64,000 nucleotides of DNA, taken from assembly GCA_951406725.2 (NCBI GenBank), contig OX597815.1, forward strand, positions 124,001 to 188,000. The letters are read 5' to 3'. Positions 37,200 through 50,933 of the stretch are shown piece by piece. The position numbers were made by a program, and so were the translations under genes. This DNA comes from Octopus vulgaris. Lineage: Eukaryota. Every line of letters begins with the position of its first letter. The stretch's first letter is position 1. The notes under the pieces were generated by a model, which was given only the letters and a program-made list of their open reading frames with translations, was not told the origin of the DNA and made no database searches.

Positions 37200-38895
37200 A
37201 ATATGACCACCCTTGGTCCATCCAGAATCATGGCTAAGATGCTCAAAATATCCGGTAAGGTACTATACAGGCTAGTCACCCACATAGTTTAATCAGGTCA
37301 TTCAGGAAGGTGTTATACTCAAGGATTGGCATAGCAGCATTATTGTTAGCTGCTACAAGGGTAAAGGTGATGCTTTAGATAGAAGCAATTATAGAGGCAT
37401 CAAACACCTGGACCAGGTGGTGGAAATTAGAGAGAGAGAGTCATAGCCCAATTAATTAGGAGAGCAGAATTAGGTTAGACAAAATGCAGTTAGGCTTTGT
37501 CCAGGGAAGAAGCACTACTGACACTATTTTCATAGTCAGGCAACTGCAAGAGAAGTGCTTAGCTAAGAATAAGCCATTATGCTTGGTATTTGTTGATCTA
37601 GAGAAAGTCTTCAATAGAGCACCCTGCTATATGATATGGTGAGCTGTGAGGAGGCTAGGGATTAACAAATGGCTGGTGAAAGCTGTACAGGCCATGTACA
37701 GAGACATTGTCAGTAAGGTGAGAGTTAACCATAAGTAAAAGTGAAGAACCTGGTGTACAGGTAGGGATCTAAAAAGGCTCAGGCCTCAGTCCCCTCCTTT
37801 TCATCATTGTCCTCCAGGCTGTAGCAGAAAAAATTCAAGACCGGCAGCCCCTGAGAATTGCTATATGCTGATGATCTTGCCCTCATTGCAGATTCCATAT
37901 CAGAGCTAAAAGGTTATCTGAGAAGGTAGTGTTCATATGTGGAAGATGCACAGGATCCATAGAAGCTATAGAGACTCGGGAAATTGAATCTCTCAAATGC
38001 CTTGGTGGATCATTAGAGGTAGTAGACAATTTCTGCTACCCAGGGGACCAAATTAGTTGTGGGCAAAAATATATGGAGAGTGTGACAGCCAGAATAAGAA
38101 TAGGGTGTAGGAAATTCAGAGACCTGTTAGCTCTAATGGCTACAAAAGGTTTCTTTCTCCAAGTGTAAGGAAGATTGTATGATGCATGCATACGGACAGC
38201 ATTTCTACATGGTAGTGAGATGTAGGCACTGAATGCAGAGGACATGTGAAGGTTAGATGTGTAATGTAAGTGTCCATGTTCAACAGGGAACTAGTTTATT
38301 GAGAGAAGAGTTAGGCATAAGAGGAATTAGTTGTGTGCATGAGAGAAGACTGTGCTGGTTTGATCATATGATGCAGATGAATACCAACAGCCTCATAAAG
38401 AAGTGCCATTCTCTCAAAGTAGATGGAAGATGTGGAAGTGGGAAACCCAGGAAGACAGGAGATGAATACTGAAGGACGACCTCAGCATATTGAACCTTCC
38501 AGGCAAGATGACAAAAGACCTGAATGCCTGGTACCTTGCTCTACTCAAGATGACCTGTGCTCCACAGCAGAAGTGTTTAGGCCACTCCCCCTGGTGGAGA
38601 ATAGACTCCTCTGCCTGTGCCATGTAAAAAGAACTTGTGGTGCCATATATAGCCCATGCGATGCCCTGTAAAAGCACCCATATGGTGCCGTGTGAAAGCA
38701 CCTGTATGGTGTCATGTAAAAGCACCCATCACACTTCGTACAGTGGTTGGTATTAGGAAGGGCATCTATCCATAAAAACCATGCCAAATCAGGTTGGAGC
38801 CTGGTGCAGCTCTCCAGCTTGCCAGCTCTGGTCAAACTGTCCAACCCATGCCAGCATGGACAATGTACATTAAATGAGGATGATGATGATGATGA
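37200..38895 (+). mobile_element. Degraded RTE LINE (RT to tail)
   Basis: NYRGIK, GFVQGRSTTD, FVDLEKVF, LLYADDL, CGRC, LCWFDH, GKPRKT; 3' UTR and (GAT)n. Confidence 0.85.
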
Positions 38896-38949
38896 CCTCT
38901 CTGTAGGCAAATTTCTCTGATGTGTCATTTTTTTACCGCGTTGCCTTAC

Positions 38950-39248
38950 TTGCACTTGTGCTGGTGGCATGTGAAATATTCAAGCGAGGTCGTCGCCAGT
39001 GCCGCTAGACTGGCTCCTGTGCAGGTGGCTGCATTTGGGCATAGCTGTTGCCAGTACCACCAAACTGGCCCTCGTGCCGGTGGCATGTAAAAACACCCAC
39101 TACACTCTTGGAGTGGTTGGTGTTAGGAAGGGTATCCAGCTGTAGAAACTCTGCCAGATCAGATTGGAGTCTGGCTCGCCAGACCTCAGTCAAATCATCC
39201 AACCCATGCTAGCACGGAAAGTGGACGTTAAATGATGATGATGATGAT
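38950..39248 (+). mobile_element. RTE 3'-UTR/tail copy
   Basis: GGCATGTAAAAACACCC..GGACGTTAAATGATGATGATG. Confidence 0.85.
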
Positions 39249-39495
39249 AGCAGTTTGGCTATTGTCTTTTATATCAGACGAGCTTTTCAACTCAATAGCA
39301 CATTCATCATCATCATCATCATCATAAACCAGAAATAATATAATGGCTTCAAATCCATAGAAACGCTCTAACAAGTAGCAATACCAATCAAGTAGTAATC
39401 ATTGATGTAGACAAAACAAATAAAACTCATCTTGTTACTTGGGAGAGTCATTACATCTATAATAATAATAATAATAATAATAATAACATGCATGT

Positions 39496-40925
39496 CTTAT
39501 TATTATTATTATTATCATTATTTTATTGTCTTTGCACAGCTTCTAATACTGGAGATGTACTACCAGTGGACTAAGGTAACACCCCTTATTTTCCAAGCAC
39601 CATTCAGAGTATCCAAGCAGTGCTTTTTTCTGCAAGTTCTCCACCCTTATTGCAGCCTCTATTTGTTCTATTTACTTCTCAAGATTTTTACTCACTGTTC
39701 CCAGGGCTCTGAAAATGATTGCTACTACTACCACCTTTTTCATAACTGCTTAACCTCCTGATCGCATACCTTGTTGTCAGCTGGGCATGCTATATCTATG
39801 ATCAAGCATCGTTTGCTTTCTTTCTCAATTAACACTATGTCTGGTTTCCTATTCTCTATCTCATGGTCATACTGAATCACAAAATCCCATAGCATCTTTG
39901 CATTATCATTTTCGATGATGCCTTTGGGTTTATGTTTGTACCACATTTTTGCTCTGTCAAGTCCATACTTGTTGCAAAAGTGTCCAATGGACAATCCTTG
40001 CTATGTTGTCATGATGGCTCTTATATTCTTTCTGGGCTAGTGGCATACATTGGCTGGTAATATGCCATACGGTTTCACCATTCTGTCCACAAATTCTGCA
40101 CTTGTCACTTTCTGATGTGCTGTCTATTCTGTATTTGATGTAATTGGTTCTTAATGCTTGCTCTTGGGCAGCACAGATTAGAGCCCCCATTTCTGGTTTT
40201 AAATCATCCATAGCCATCTTTTTTCTCTGTCTTCAACATCCCTATGAAATTATCCATGCATTCTTTTTCTTTATCCACCTGTTTTCAGTTTTATTCATTC
40301 TCAAGTGCTTCTACAGTGCTTTATCTTTGCAATCTTCCATTCTACACAATCCTGACCGTCTAGCGGTTCTGTAGCATTTTTCACATACCATACTATGTGG
40401 TTTTCTTCTGCTCTAATGCTGTGTTCACATCCAATCATTCCTTTTCCCCCTCTTTTTCTTGGTACATACAGTCTGTCTGTGTCATTTTTTGGGTGGAGTA
40501 TCCCATATCTAGTCAGCAACTTCTTTGTCTTTCTGTCTAAGCTGTTTAGTTCGTTTACTGTCCATGCGATTACCCCTGCTCCATATCTAAGGAGTGAAAC
40601 CACCCAGATGTTGATATCTTCAATCTTATTCCATCCATTTGATTTTGACTTAAGGATCAGTCTCAGTCTGCACAAGTACTCCACCTCAAATTTTTCTGTT
40701 ATTTCTTTCTCCATCAATTTATCCATTTCCAGTATCCCTAAGCACTTATAGCCCGTCACTTCTATCTACTTCATAACCTCCCTTGACGGTATTGCTAGCC
40801 AGTCCATACATTTGATTTTGCCTCTCTTCAAGTCTTACTCCATTCTGATATCAGCATTGAAAGTATACACTGTTTTAACAAGGGAACTGACTTAGGATTC
40901 ATCTTTACCATAAAGTTTGAGGTCA
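39496..40925 (-). mobile_element. Dong/R4-type LINE 3' part, degraded
   Basis: YKCLGILE; AAQEQALRTNY; CRICGQNGETVWHITSQC; WDFVIQYDHEIENRKPDIVLI; (ATT)n flank. Confidence 0.88.
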
Positions 40926-40939
40926 TATTATTATCCTCA

Positions 40940-41830
40940 TTATCAGAAGCCTCTACTCAAAACCTTGACCTGCCATAAAAGAAATGAACTGTGGCAGGGC
41001 TGCAGGAGCAGATGGAATTTCTGCTGAACTGTACAAGACACTTTCAGTGCATTCCATGACATCCTTGTATCTGTTTTTTTTTGGGGGGGGAGTGTATGCC
41101 AGCAGACTCTACAAGAACAAAGGAGCCAAATCAGACTGTGGAAATTACAGGGGCATTTCCCTGCTTTCCATTGCTTGAAAAATCCTGGCTCACATCCTCT
41201 TCAACAAGCTCATCACCAGTGTATCTGAGAGCAACTTGCCTGAAGCCCAGTGTGGCTTCAGCCCTTGCTGCAGCACCATACTCATGGTGTTTGTTGTGTG
41301 TCAAGTCAAGGAGAAATGTATTGAACAACAAATGGATTTGTACTGTGTTCATAGACCTGACCAAAGCTTTTGACACAGTCATAAGAGAAGCTTTCTGGAC
41401 CATGGTAACCAAGCTGGGCTGCCCACACAAATTCTCTGCAATGTGACTGCACTAACTCTTCCAACATCTCCAATGGTGTGAAACCAGGCTATGTACTCAC
41501 CCACCGTCTTGTTCAACTTGTTCTTCACACTGGTCCTACTTTACACAGTGAAAATCCTAAATCTTTATACATTAAATATCACTCAGACGGCTCTGTTTTT
41601 GACCTCCGTTGACTCTCTACTCAAACCATCAGAAAAAGCTCATCATTGAAGCCCTATTTGCAGAAGACTTTATCCTTATGGCACACAAGGAGAATCACCT
41701 GCTGCCCATTGCTGATTGTTTTACAGAAGCATGAAGGCTTTATGGACTGACCATAAACCTTGAGAAAACAGAGGTCCTAGTCCATGCAGCTTCAAACACA
41801 ATTCTCCCCCAAGCAAACATCAGCATTAAA
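40940..41830 (+). mobile_element. RTE-BovB-type RT fragment, degraded
   Basis: GRAAGADGISAELYK; KGAKSDCGNYRGISLLS; PEAQCGF; FIDLTKAFDTV; LFAED; GLTINLEKTEV. Confidence 0.85.
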
Positions 41831-41849
41831 ACAATAATAATAATCATAA

Positions 41850-42090
41850 GCAAAGTTATAGACAAATGGCTGAAGGAGATTGGAATGGAATGCCCTGTAG
41901 AGCTTAAACAGTAAAGTTTGCCTCATAGGGATAGGAAAAATTATTGCGGGTGGGTGGGGGGGTTCTTAAGCACATGAAAGACAATTGAAAGCTTGTGGCT
42001 TGTGGATACCTAAGGTTACAGGTAGTACCCACATAAATTCTACCAGGAATAAGAACTAACCTGAGTCAAATTGATGATGATGATACAATA
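41850..42090 (+). mobile_element. Dong-type 3' fragment
   Basis: Homologous to 14505-14735 (GGATACCTAAGG..AATTCTACCAGGAATAAGAAC); preceded by (AAT)n. Confidence 0.75.
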
Positions 42091-42845
42091 AGAAGTTCTA
42101 TCTGACACTTCTTCCATACACCTCTGTAAGCAGTTTAACACTATATCCCTCCCGTGCCATAATTTTCCACATTTCCACTTTTTTTCAACGTTTGTTTCAC
42201 TATTTTCTTTATCACTTCTTTGTTAAATTTCAGCCCCTTATCTACAACTGTTCTTCTACCAGTTCAACTCTACATCAGCCCCTAATCTCATGTCTCTGTT
42301 TCATTTGTCTAAATATCTACTGTATTAACTTTTAAGTTTTACATTCTTTTGGTAATTTCTACTAAAGATCATGACATAAAGTCATATTGGGTTTGAAATA
42401 ATCTTCAAGTTATAGAACAGACTGTTCCGTTAAAGTAAGACAACAACAACAAAAATGTCAGGGAGGAAATAAAGTGAAAAAGAAAATTCTTTCAAAATAA
42501 AGAATGGTGTGTTTAGCTTGTAGCTATACAACTTGACATGGTGCTGTCAGGCTCTTAGATTAGGAATAAGAAGGTGCCAACCGAGCAAGGCTTGGTTCTT
42601 ATTATTCTCATCTACTTCAACAAAATATCTTTATTTCTAAGCCAAAAGAGTTGTTCTTGTGACTCTTTTTAATTATTGATTGTTTGCAAAAATCAATAAT
42701 TCCTTTTTGTGCTTCCATCTTCAGTAGTGGAGATGGCTAATTTCCTTTCCGATCTTTTGTACAGAATGTTGAGTTTCAGTAAAATTGGAATCAGAAAAGA
42801 AAAAGAGAAAATACAATGAAAGAAAGAAAGAGTCAAACAAGAAGA

Positions 42846-42974
<129 letters not shown>

Positions 42975-43942
42975 GGGGGTGATGGAGAAGAATGAAAATG
43001 ATTACAACGAACACTCTAGAATTAAACAGAAATGATGTTGTTCACAATTAAGAAAGAAAAAGTGTCTGATTCTGATATTTTATGAATTTTCTTAAAATGG
43101 AAAATGTTGTAGATATTGAGAATGAGCAGAAAGATCAAAGTTTTAGCCTTGTCTTTTGTGTTGTGTTGAGGCTCCTCATGGTTTTATAACTTGATATCTT
43201 TTTAGTTAAGCTCCTACATATATTTTACTTATTGGATTAATTAAATATCATCATCATCTTTTCCCCTTATTTGTGGGTTGGATTAATTTTTTTCCGCTAC
43301 TTCTTTCTACAAACCATGAGCTCTTATTATTTCTGAGCTTCAGTATTCTGTGATCAGCCTTCACTATATCTTTCTATATCTTTCTCTTCTACAGACTCAT
43401 TCTACAATTGTTATCTGTCTGTCTATCCATTCATCTCTCTTGTTTACCTGTCTCTATCAATCTATCTGCCTGTCTGTTAATCTATCTGCCTGTCTCAATG
43501 TCAATCTGTCTGTCTATTTGTCACTCTATTTCTCTGTTTGTCCATCTGTCTGTCTATCTGTCAGTTTCTCTGCCTGCTAGTCTGTCTGTCTGTCTATCTC
43601 TGTGTCTGTTTGTCAAATCAACCCACCTACCCCTCAAAGCTAACTTAACATATTATTTAAAAGAGAAATACATAAATAAGTTGCCTTATTTTTTACTTAC
43701 TACTAGTTGTTATTGTATAAGCCTAGATTTTCTTGTTTAGTGTTGGTTCATCCCTGGCCAACAGACCCCTAAGTAAACATATCTTATTTTTTTCCAGACT
43801 ACATTATCCAGTGTGTCTTGTTTATAAGACAGAATAATTTGGTTTAAGGGAGATTTAGCTGCTACATCTACCACAACGAGGCTCCTTTACAAGTGACCAC
43901 TGCATGTAGTTGGTCAAACAAAAATAAATGTAGACACTACAC

Positions 43943-44172
43943 CAGTGGTTCTCAACCATGACCGTAGAGCTCCACATGACCCTGGGGACACTACATGATT
44001 CTAGGGGCTCCATGTAAGATTTTGTTTTAAAAAGTTACATGTGCAGTAAATCAACTGTAATTCTACAAAGCACAGAATATTTTATTAATTTTTCTTTACA
44101 CAATTCCTAATAATATTTGATTAAAAATATAATGAATTTCTTTTAAAACTTCAAATGGCTATGGGGGTCCAT
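43943..44172. mobile_element. hAT MITE, partial
   Basis: Begins CAGTGGTTCTCAACC, matching the TIR of 983-1293. Confidence 0.55.
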
Positions 44173-44346
44173 CTCAGAGGATAATATTGTGAAAAGAGAT
44201 GGTAAAAGAGAATAGGATAGTGAAAGAATTGTGAACAGGAAGAACAAATTTGTTGGGGTGGGGTTCTTAGAAGAGAGAGTAACAGAAGTGAAAGTGTTTG
44301 GAGAATATTAGAAGAGAAAAACAGTAATGGCAGAGGTTTTTAGGTG

Positions 44347-44386
<40 letters not shown>

Positions 44387-45789
44387 GGCAACTTCCTGTT
44401 TAGTGGTGAGAGGGGGAGTGAGTGATGGATAGTTATAGAAATAGGCAGCAGCAAGTGAGGAGTGTCAATGTTTGTCAATCATTATGGAGTGGGTGAAGTG
44501 ATGGTTAACACCAGTGTGATGGTGGATGGTGGAGAGAAAATGAATTCCTAAATTAAGGGCATTGTGATGCAGGGAGAGAGAGAGGACGATGGGGGTGATA
44601 AAGATGATAAGGTAGGGTGTCTAACCAATATAAAGTCATGATTGTGGAGTGAATGTTTTGGTTGGTCGTTCTCCTGATACAGGTTCTTTGAAGGCTGTTG
44701 TTACTGAAAGTTTAATATCAGTGGTGTGTGTGTGTGTGTGGGGGGGCATGTGCTGTAAGAGTGTGTCACTGTATCCACCATTCCCTTCGACTCTTGGTGA
44801 ATGATGCCTCTACACCACCCAGGCAACAACCCTCCAACCCATGGGTATATTTGGGTAGTTGTTGCTGGTTTACATGGTTTTACAAGGCTGGAGTGCAAAT
44901 CCTCAACCTCTTTTAGTCCCCTTCTACAACACACATCAGAAACGTTGGGTGGTCTAATCTTTGACATGTTGGTCCCTACACAGTACTACAGTATCATGAA
45001 ATGAAGCTGAAACAAAACAACCCACCCAGTCTGGGAATCAAACCCATGATCTGACACTTGTGAGTGCAACATCCTAACCATGAAGCCACTAGGCAGTACA
45101 ATAGATAAAGTATAAACTCTCAATCACAAGGCTTGATGTAGACAATACCTGAGTCTTTGAACAGTAAATGTGAAGAAGAGCTGCAAAATAACAAAATGAA
45201 TTAAAAACATTAGTGGTGAGGAGGTGGTCAAGTGAGTGTGGAGTATTCATGGTCACTGCAAGTGGTTTTGTCATTTTCATCAGTTTTGGGATGAATTCTA
45301 GTGTGCAGTGTAAAGCCGTGTGGGTAACAACAGTCTTTTACTATACCTTCAAGTTGGTAAAAGCTGTGTTAGTGAAACTCGCCAGAACAGAAGCTACTTG
45401 GTGGTCACTGGCTGTGTTAGACAAAACAGCTAAATCTCTCTGAAAACTTATTTGACTCTCCAAAACAGGGAAAATACATTAAATAACATAATCCTACTTA
45501 ATCCTAATATGACAGGATGGTCATGGCTGGAGTCTTTTGTTCAACAATAACTTTATTTCCTCCTACTCTGTATCCTGATTTTATACTTCCATCTTGATAA
45601 GTTAATAATTTTATCTTCAAAATATTCATCATCCTCATCATTATCTTTGCCCCCCCCCACACACACACACTAAAATTGTTAGTGTGCTGGACAAAAACTT
45701 AATGGCATTTCTCCCAGCTCTTTATGATCAGAGTGCAAATTCCACCAAGCTCAATTTTGCCTTTCATTCTTAAGTTTACAACATATTGT

Positions 45790-46470
45790 ATGAGTAGAGA
45801 GATTTTTCATTCAAGATGATATTGGAACTGAGTATGTGAGTTTCTCACTGTGTCTGGGAAGATCTTTGAACATCTTGATGTTGGCCACCAGCTCAGCCTT
45901 GGTATTGCAAGCAGAGTGGTTGATGTCTTTCGCAAATGTACCCCACACATCTATGGAATTGCAATTGGAGGAATTAGGAGGCCAGAAATTAATGATGATA
46001 AAGTCATAAAAATTCTCCAACAATCACTTCTAATTTTTTTCTGGAAGTATAGCAAGGAGCTGAGTCCTGCTGCTACCCCTATGGCCTTCCAGCAGCAACC
46101 CTCTCCAGCTAGGGATTGACCAGTCCCCAGTACCTCTGAATTGGGTGTAAGGCCCTGTTCATCAGTTTTTGGTTGAATTCTAGTGTGCAGAATGCCTGCT
46201 GTTTCTCTTCCTGCCAGCCACAGCTTCATAGTCACTGTTACAGCTGTCTATGTCACATCTGACAGCCTTTTCAGTGTTCACAGAGCGCTCAGCCACAGTC
46301 ATGATGTCAGCATTTTGATACCCGGCACAAATATGATACAGGTGAATATTTTCCAATATTCAGATAACTTTCTGTCCTCCATGCTCTCCAATGCCATTGA
46401 CTGTTCACTCAACTGTTCCGGAAAAAAGGTGACACAAGAAATTGTCAAATTCAGTCTGAACACCCTGCAT
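45790..46470 (-). pseudogene. Tc1/mariner-superfamily transposase remnant
   Basis: FWPPNSSNCNSIDVWG..NTKAELVANIK..LP resembles the WPPxSPDxNPxDxxVW catalytic motif. Confidence 0.7.
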
Positions 46471-46499
46471 ATGGTAAGATATATCCATACACATGCATA

Positions 46500-46670
46500 A
46501 ATATATACGATGGGCTTTCACACAGTTTAGGTCTACTGAATTTCAGTCTAAGTTTTGGTTAACTTCAGGCTATAATAGAAGTTACTTGGACAAAGTGCTG
46601 TACATAGACTCGAACCTGGAACCATGTGGTTACAAAGCAAACTTATTAACTCCGTAGCCACCCTTGCATT
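46500..46670 (-). mobile_element. SINE family B head
   Basis: ACGATGGGCTTTC..CTCGAACCTGGAACCATGTGGTT is the reverse complement of the head. Confidence 0.65.
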
Positions 46671-47430
46671 CATGTGGCAAATATCATTGTAGAAATGATG
46701 CAAAACCATGACCTATCTTTTTTGACTACTGATGTTGAAATGACACCAGAAGTTGAAGTCAGTCTTAAATAATTCAAGAAATTTATATTGTCTGCTGTGT
46801 CATGGTGTGATGTTAAGGAGAGATCATTAAGTTTTTAGGGAGTTGATTGCAACATGGGGTCTTCACTGAAACACTAATGAATAAGTTAAAATATAAGAAG
46901 TGTAACACCTAATGATGGATAAAGTAGGCCAAAATCACACGGGTCACAAACAAAAGGAACACTTGGCTCATTCTCAGTTCGAGCATATTTTCCTTTTTCT
47001 ACACAATCAACTTGATCTTGAGTTTGTTACTATTTTATATCTTTCTTCATTTCTTCTCTTTGAAGTTGACCTTTCGCATAGAAAGAGCAAACGAAACAAT
47101 TAGAACCAACCCATTCGCCTGTTATCTGAAAATATTCTTTTAAGAAGTTGATTAGCTTAAGATAGTTTACAGAATTTGGGGATTTGGTTGAGAACAAGAG
47201 AAATCTAAAGTTGACTGGAAGAACAATAACAATATTCCTTCTTATCCACAATTTGTCTATTTTTTATGTCTTTAAAATTTTTTAATAAAAGACCTCAATG
47301 TGCTATCATGTGTGATGTTTGCTGCTGGTGACTGAAAATGTATTTCTAGGGCTGTATGTAGAAGTAAGAAGCAACACTTGGGAACATTAACAAAAAATCT
47401 ATTTACTGCACATGATGTTTTCTGTGATGG

Positions 47431-47773
47431 TCATCATCATCATCATCATCGTTTAGCATCCGTTTTCCATGCTGGCATGGGTTGGACGGTGCAACTGGGG
47501 TCTGGGAAGCCAGAAGGCTGCACCAGGCCCAGTCTGATCTGGCAATGTTTCTACTGCTGGATGCCCTTCCTAATGCCAACCACTCCATGAGTGTAGTGGG
47601 TGCTTTTTATGTGCCACCGGCACAGGTGCCAGATGAGGCTGGCAAACGGCCACGATCGGATGGTGCTTTTTACGTGCCATCCGATCGTGGCCGTTTGCCA
47701 GCCTTGTCTGGCACGTAAAAAGCACCCACTACACTCATGGAGTGGTTGGCGTTAGGAAGGGCATCCAGCCGTA
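47431..47773 (-). mobile_element. RTE tail copy with fold-back inversion at its 5' end
   Basis: 47677-47773 is the reverse complement of 47552-47663, skipping 14 nt. Confidence 0.9.
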
Positions 47774-47794
47774 TCAAAAAAACCCTCAAAAATC

Positions 47795-48105
47795 AAATCA
47801 CAATCAAATGGAAATTGTAGTTGTGGCCGATGCCAGTGTCACCTGACTGGCTCCCTATGCCAGTGGAACGTAAAAAGCACCATCCAAATGTGGTTGATGC
47901 CAGTGCCACCTGACTGGCTCTCCCGTGCCAGTGGCATGTAAAAAGCACCCATTACCCTCTCAGAGTGGTTGGTGTTAGGAAGGGCATCCAGTTGTAGAAA
48001 CATTGCCAGATCAGATTGGAGCTTGGTGCAGCCTCATGGCTTGCCAATCCCCAGTCAAACTTTCCAGCCCATGCCGGCATGGAAAACGGACATTAAACGA
48101 TGATG
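47795..48105 (+). mobile_element. RTE 3'-UTR/tail copy
   Basis: AATCAAATGGAAATTGTAGTTGTGGCC..GGACATTAAACGATGATG. Confidence 0.85.
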
Positions 48106-48471
48106 TGACACTTACACATAGAGACATACTACTGGGATCTACGACAATTTAACTGATATAGCAATCTGTGGTTGGCCCATCACAACTGGGAAATAATCAC
48201 GCTATATTCATGGCAACAAAATCTGTGTCTTCTGTCTGCCAATGGCTGGTGGTGGATGAGAATGGAGACATTGAGTGGCTGTCTCAACATTTCTGGGATT
48301 ACCACCAAAACCCACCTTTATACAGGGTTTAATGAGAAAGTTCTAGAAAGTCAAATCACATGATGGCTTGATACTGATTGGTTGCTTAATCAGCTGATTG
48401 CATGAAATTACTGTAGCTTGGCTGTGATATCTACTTGGTTACCTAGCAATTTAGTTTCAAATCTGCTACAG

Positions 48472-49712
48472 TCATCATCATCATTTAGTATTCGTTTTCC
48501 ATGCTGGCTTGGATTAGATGATTTGACTGGAACTGGTAAATTAGAGAGTTGCACCAGGCTCCAGTCTGTTTTCGTTTGGTTTCCATAGTTGGATGCCTTT
48601 CCTAATACCAGCCACTCCACAGATTGTACAGGGTGCCTTTGTGTGTCACCACTACAGGTACCTTTTAAGTGTCACTGCCATGGGTGCCTTTTGCATGTCA
48701 TTGCCACAGGTGCCATTTATGTGTCACCACCATGGGTGCCTTTTTCGTGTCACTGGCACTGGCCATCACTGTGATTTCATTCAGCTTCATAGATCTTCTC
48801 AAGCACAGCAAACTGCCAAGTCCTGGTCACTTGTCATTGCCTCTCTGAGACTCAACATCTGAAGATCACATTTCACCACCACATCCCATGTCATCTTCCA
48901 CCATATTTCATTTAGCTTCATCCATGTCATCTTCCACAGGTTCCCTCCACAGTTAGGGCTTGGCACTTCTTTATGCATCTGTCCTCATCCATATGCATTA
49001 CACAGCTATACCAGCACAATCTTCTCTCTTGTACACCACATCTGATGCCTCTTATATCCAATTTTTCTCTCAAGACACTTGCACTCTGTTGTGTATACAC
49101 ACTGATATTGCACCTCCAGTGAAGCATACTGGTTTCATTTCTGTCAAGCCTTTGCATGGCCCCTGTAGTCACAGCCATGTTTCACTGCCATGTGGCATGG
49201 CTGTTTGCACATGAGCATCATACAATTTGCCTTTCATTCTGAGGGAAAGACTCTTTGTTACCAATAAAGGTAGCAGCTCTCTGAACCTGGCCCAGCCCAT
49301 TCTTATTCCAGCAGCTACACTCTCAGAGCATCCTCCTCCATTGCTGATTTTGTCACCAAGGTAACAGAAGCTATCTACCATTTCTAAATATCTCGCTGGG
49401 CATTTGAAGAAGTCTATACTTTGTACATTCCTAGTGTTCATTGTGGACTACACATCTGCCACACACAAAGACCTTCCTCTGATACTGCTGCACCTCTTAT
49501 GTGTCCATAGCTTGCACTGGGGACATCTTATAGAGGTTCTACCTACACTTTTTCTACATATCAAGCAGGGCCATCTCCCCCAAAGGGATTTGTGATTTGT
49601 CTGGTTTCCTTCTTGCTAAGACTTTGGTGTTCACTAAATTAATTCTAAGGCCTTTTGATTCCAGACCTTGCTTCCACACATGAAATTATTTTTCTCTCTA
49701 GTTCTGGTAGTG
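48472..49712 (-). mobile_element. RTE LINE with PHD-type insert, degraded
   Basis: GLRINLVNTKVL..WPCLICRKSVGR..CPQCKLWTHKRC; DSFCYLG; GSETW; tail. Confidence 0.88.
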
Positions 49713-50283
49713 ATTAAGTCCAATACTCTTGACAAATCTTGATTAAATCTCTGCTTATTAGATAGAAGCTAGGACTTATGTTCATTTTCAGCTTCCTTAG
49801 AGTAAGGTTAGATAAGTGCTGGGATATTCTTTTGAATAGAAGGCTAATTGTCTGGTTTCAGGAACATTAGAACATTGGAGACTGTTTAGTATTATTTGGT
49901 GAGAGAGGGGGGGGGGGGGCAAAGATGTGTGTGTGTGTGGGTGGGGTGTCAGTGATGGAATTTCATTTCTAGTGATTTGTAGTCTTAGGAACAAGAATAA
50001 TTGTGGAGTCCCAGGAAGACAGTGGGATGTGGGGGGTGGAAACAGTTTTGTAGCCCTTACACAAGTTTCACAATGATGAGGTCTCTGATGTGTAGTCAGT
50101 ATGGGACAGGGAATAGAGATGTAGACAATGTGGAAATGTGGAGAGAAGAGAAAAGGAGAAGGGGAAATGTAAATGTATTGAATGGGTTTGGGTAGGGACA
50201 ACAGTTTCAGAAGAGCAGAGGCCATTGTAGTGTCAGTAAATGATGCAGTGGAGAGGACACATTGTAACAGAGCACCACTAGTT

Positions 50284-50348
<65 letters not shown>

Positions 50349-50866
50349 TAAACCAGTGGTCTTGTGTGGAAAAGTAGGAAAAGCTGCAGTAGTACGGTTT
50401 TCTTGTGGTGGTGGAATCAGTAATTGGTCAAGTAAACTTGCTGAAAGAATTATCAATGCAATTGCGACAGACTTGCAGATGTTTTACTGTGTATTGTGCG
50501 GCAATGGACTGCAACAAGTCTACCTGCAGAGTGAAGCAATCAGTAGAGTCTGCAGTTGTCAGAATTGCTCTGCCTATTCTCTGCAACTGTGACATCAATC
50601 TAACTAGTTGCTGCTGCTGCTGCTGCTACTACTACTATTACTGCTATTAGGTTTGGTGACACACTGCTACCCTCATTACATCAGACATTTACCATTATAA
50701 ACAGAGTTCAAAAGCTTACACACACACACCACACAAATATATACATGAGTCATAGACAGCATGTACACACACAATCTCACAATAGTCTCTCAGAGACATA
50801 TACAAATGTATACAAACACACACACATGGATTTTAATATACAGCATGTATGCGCTTATTGATGCAT

Positions 50867-50933
<67 letters not shown>

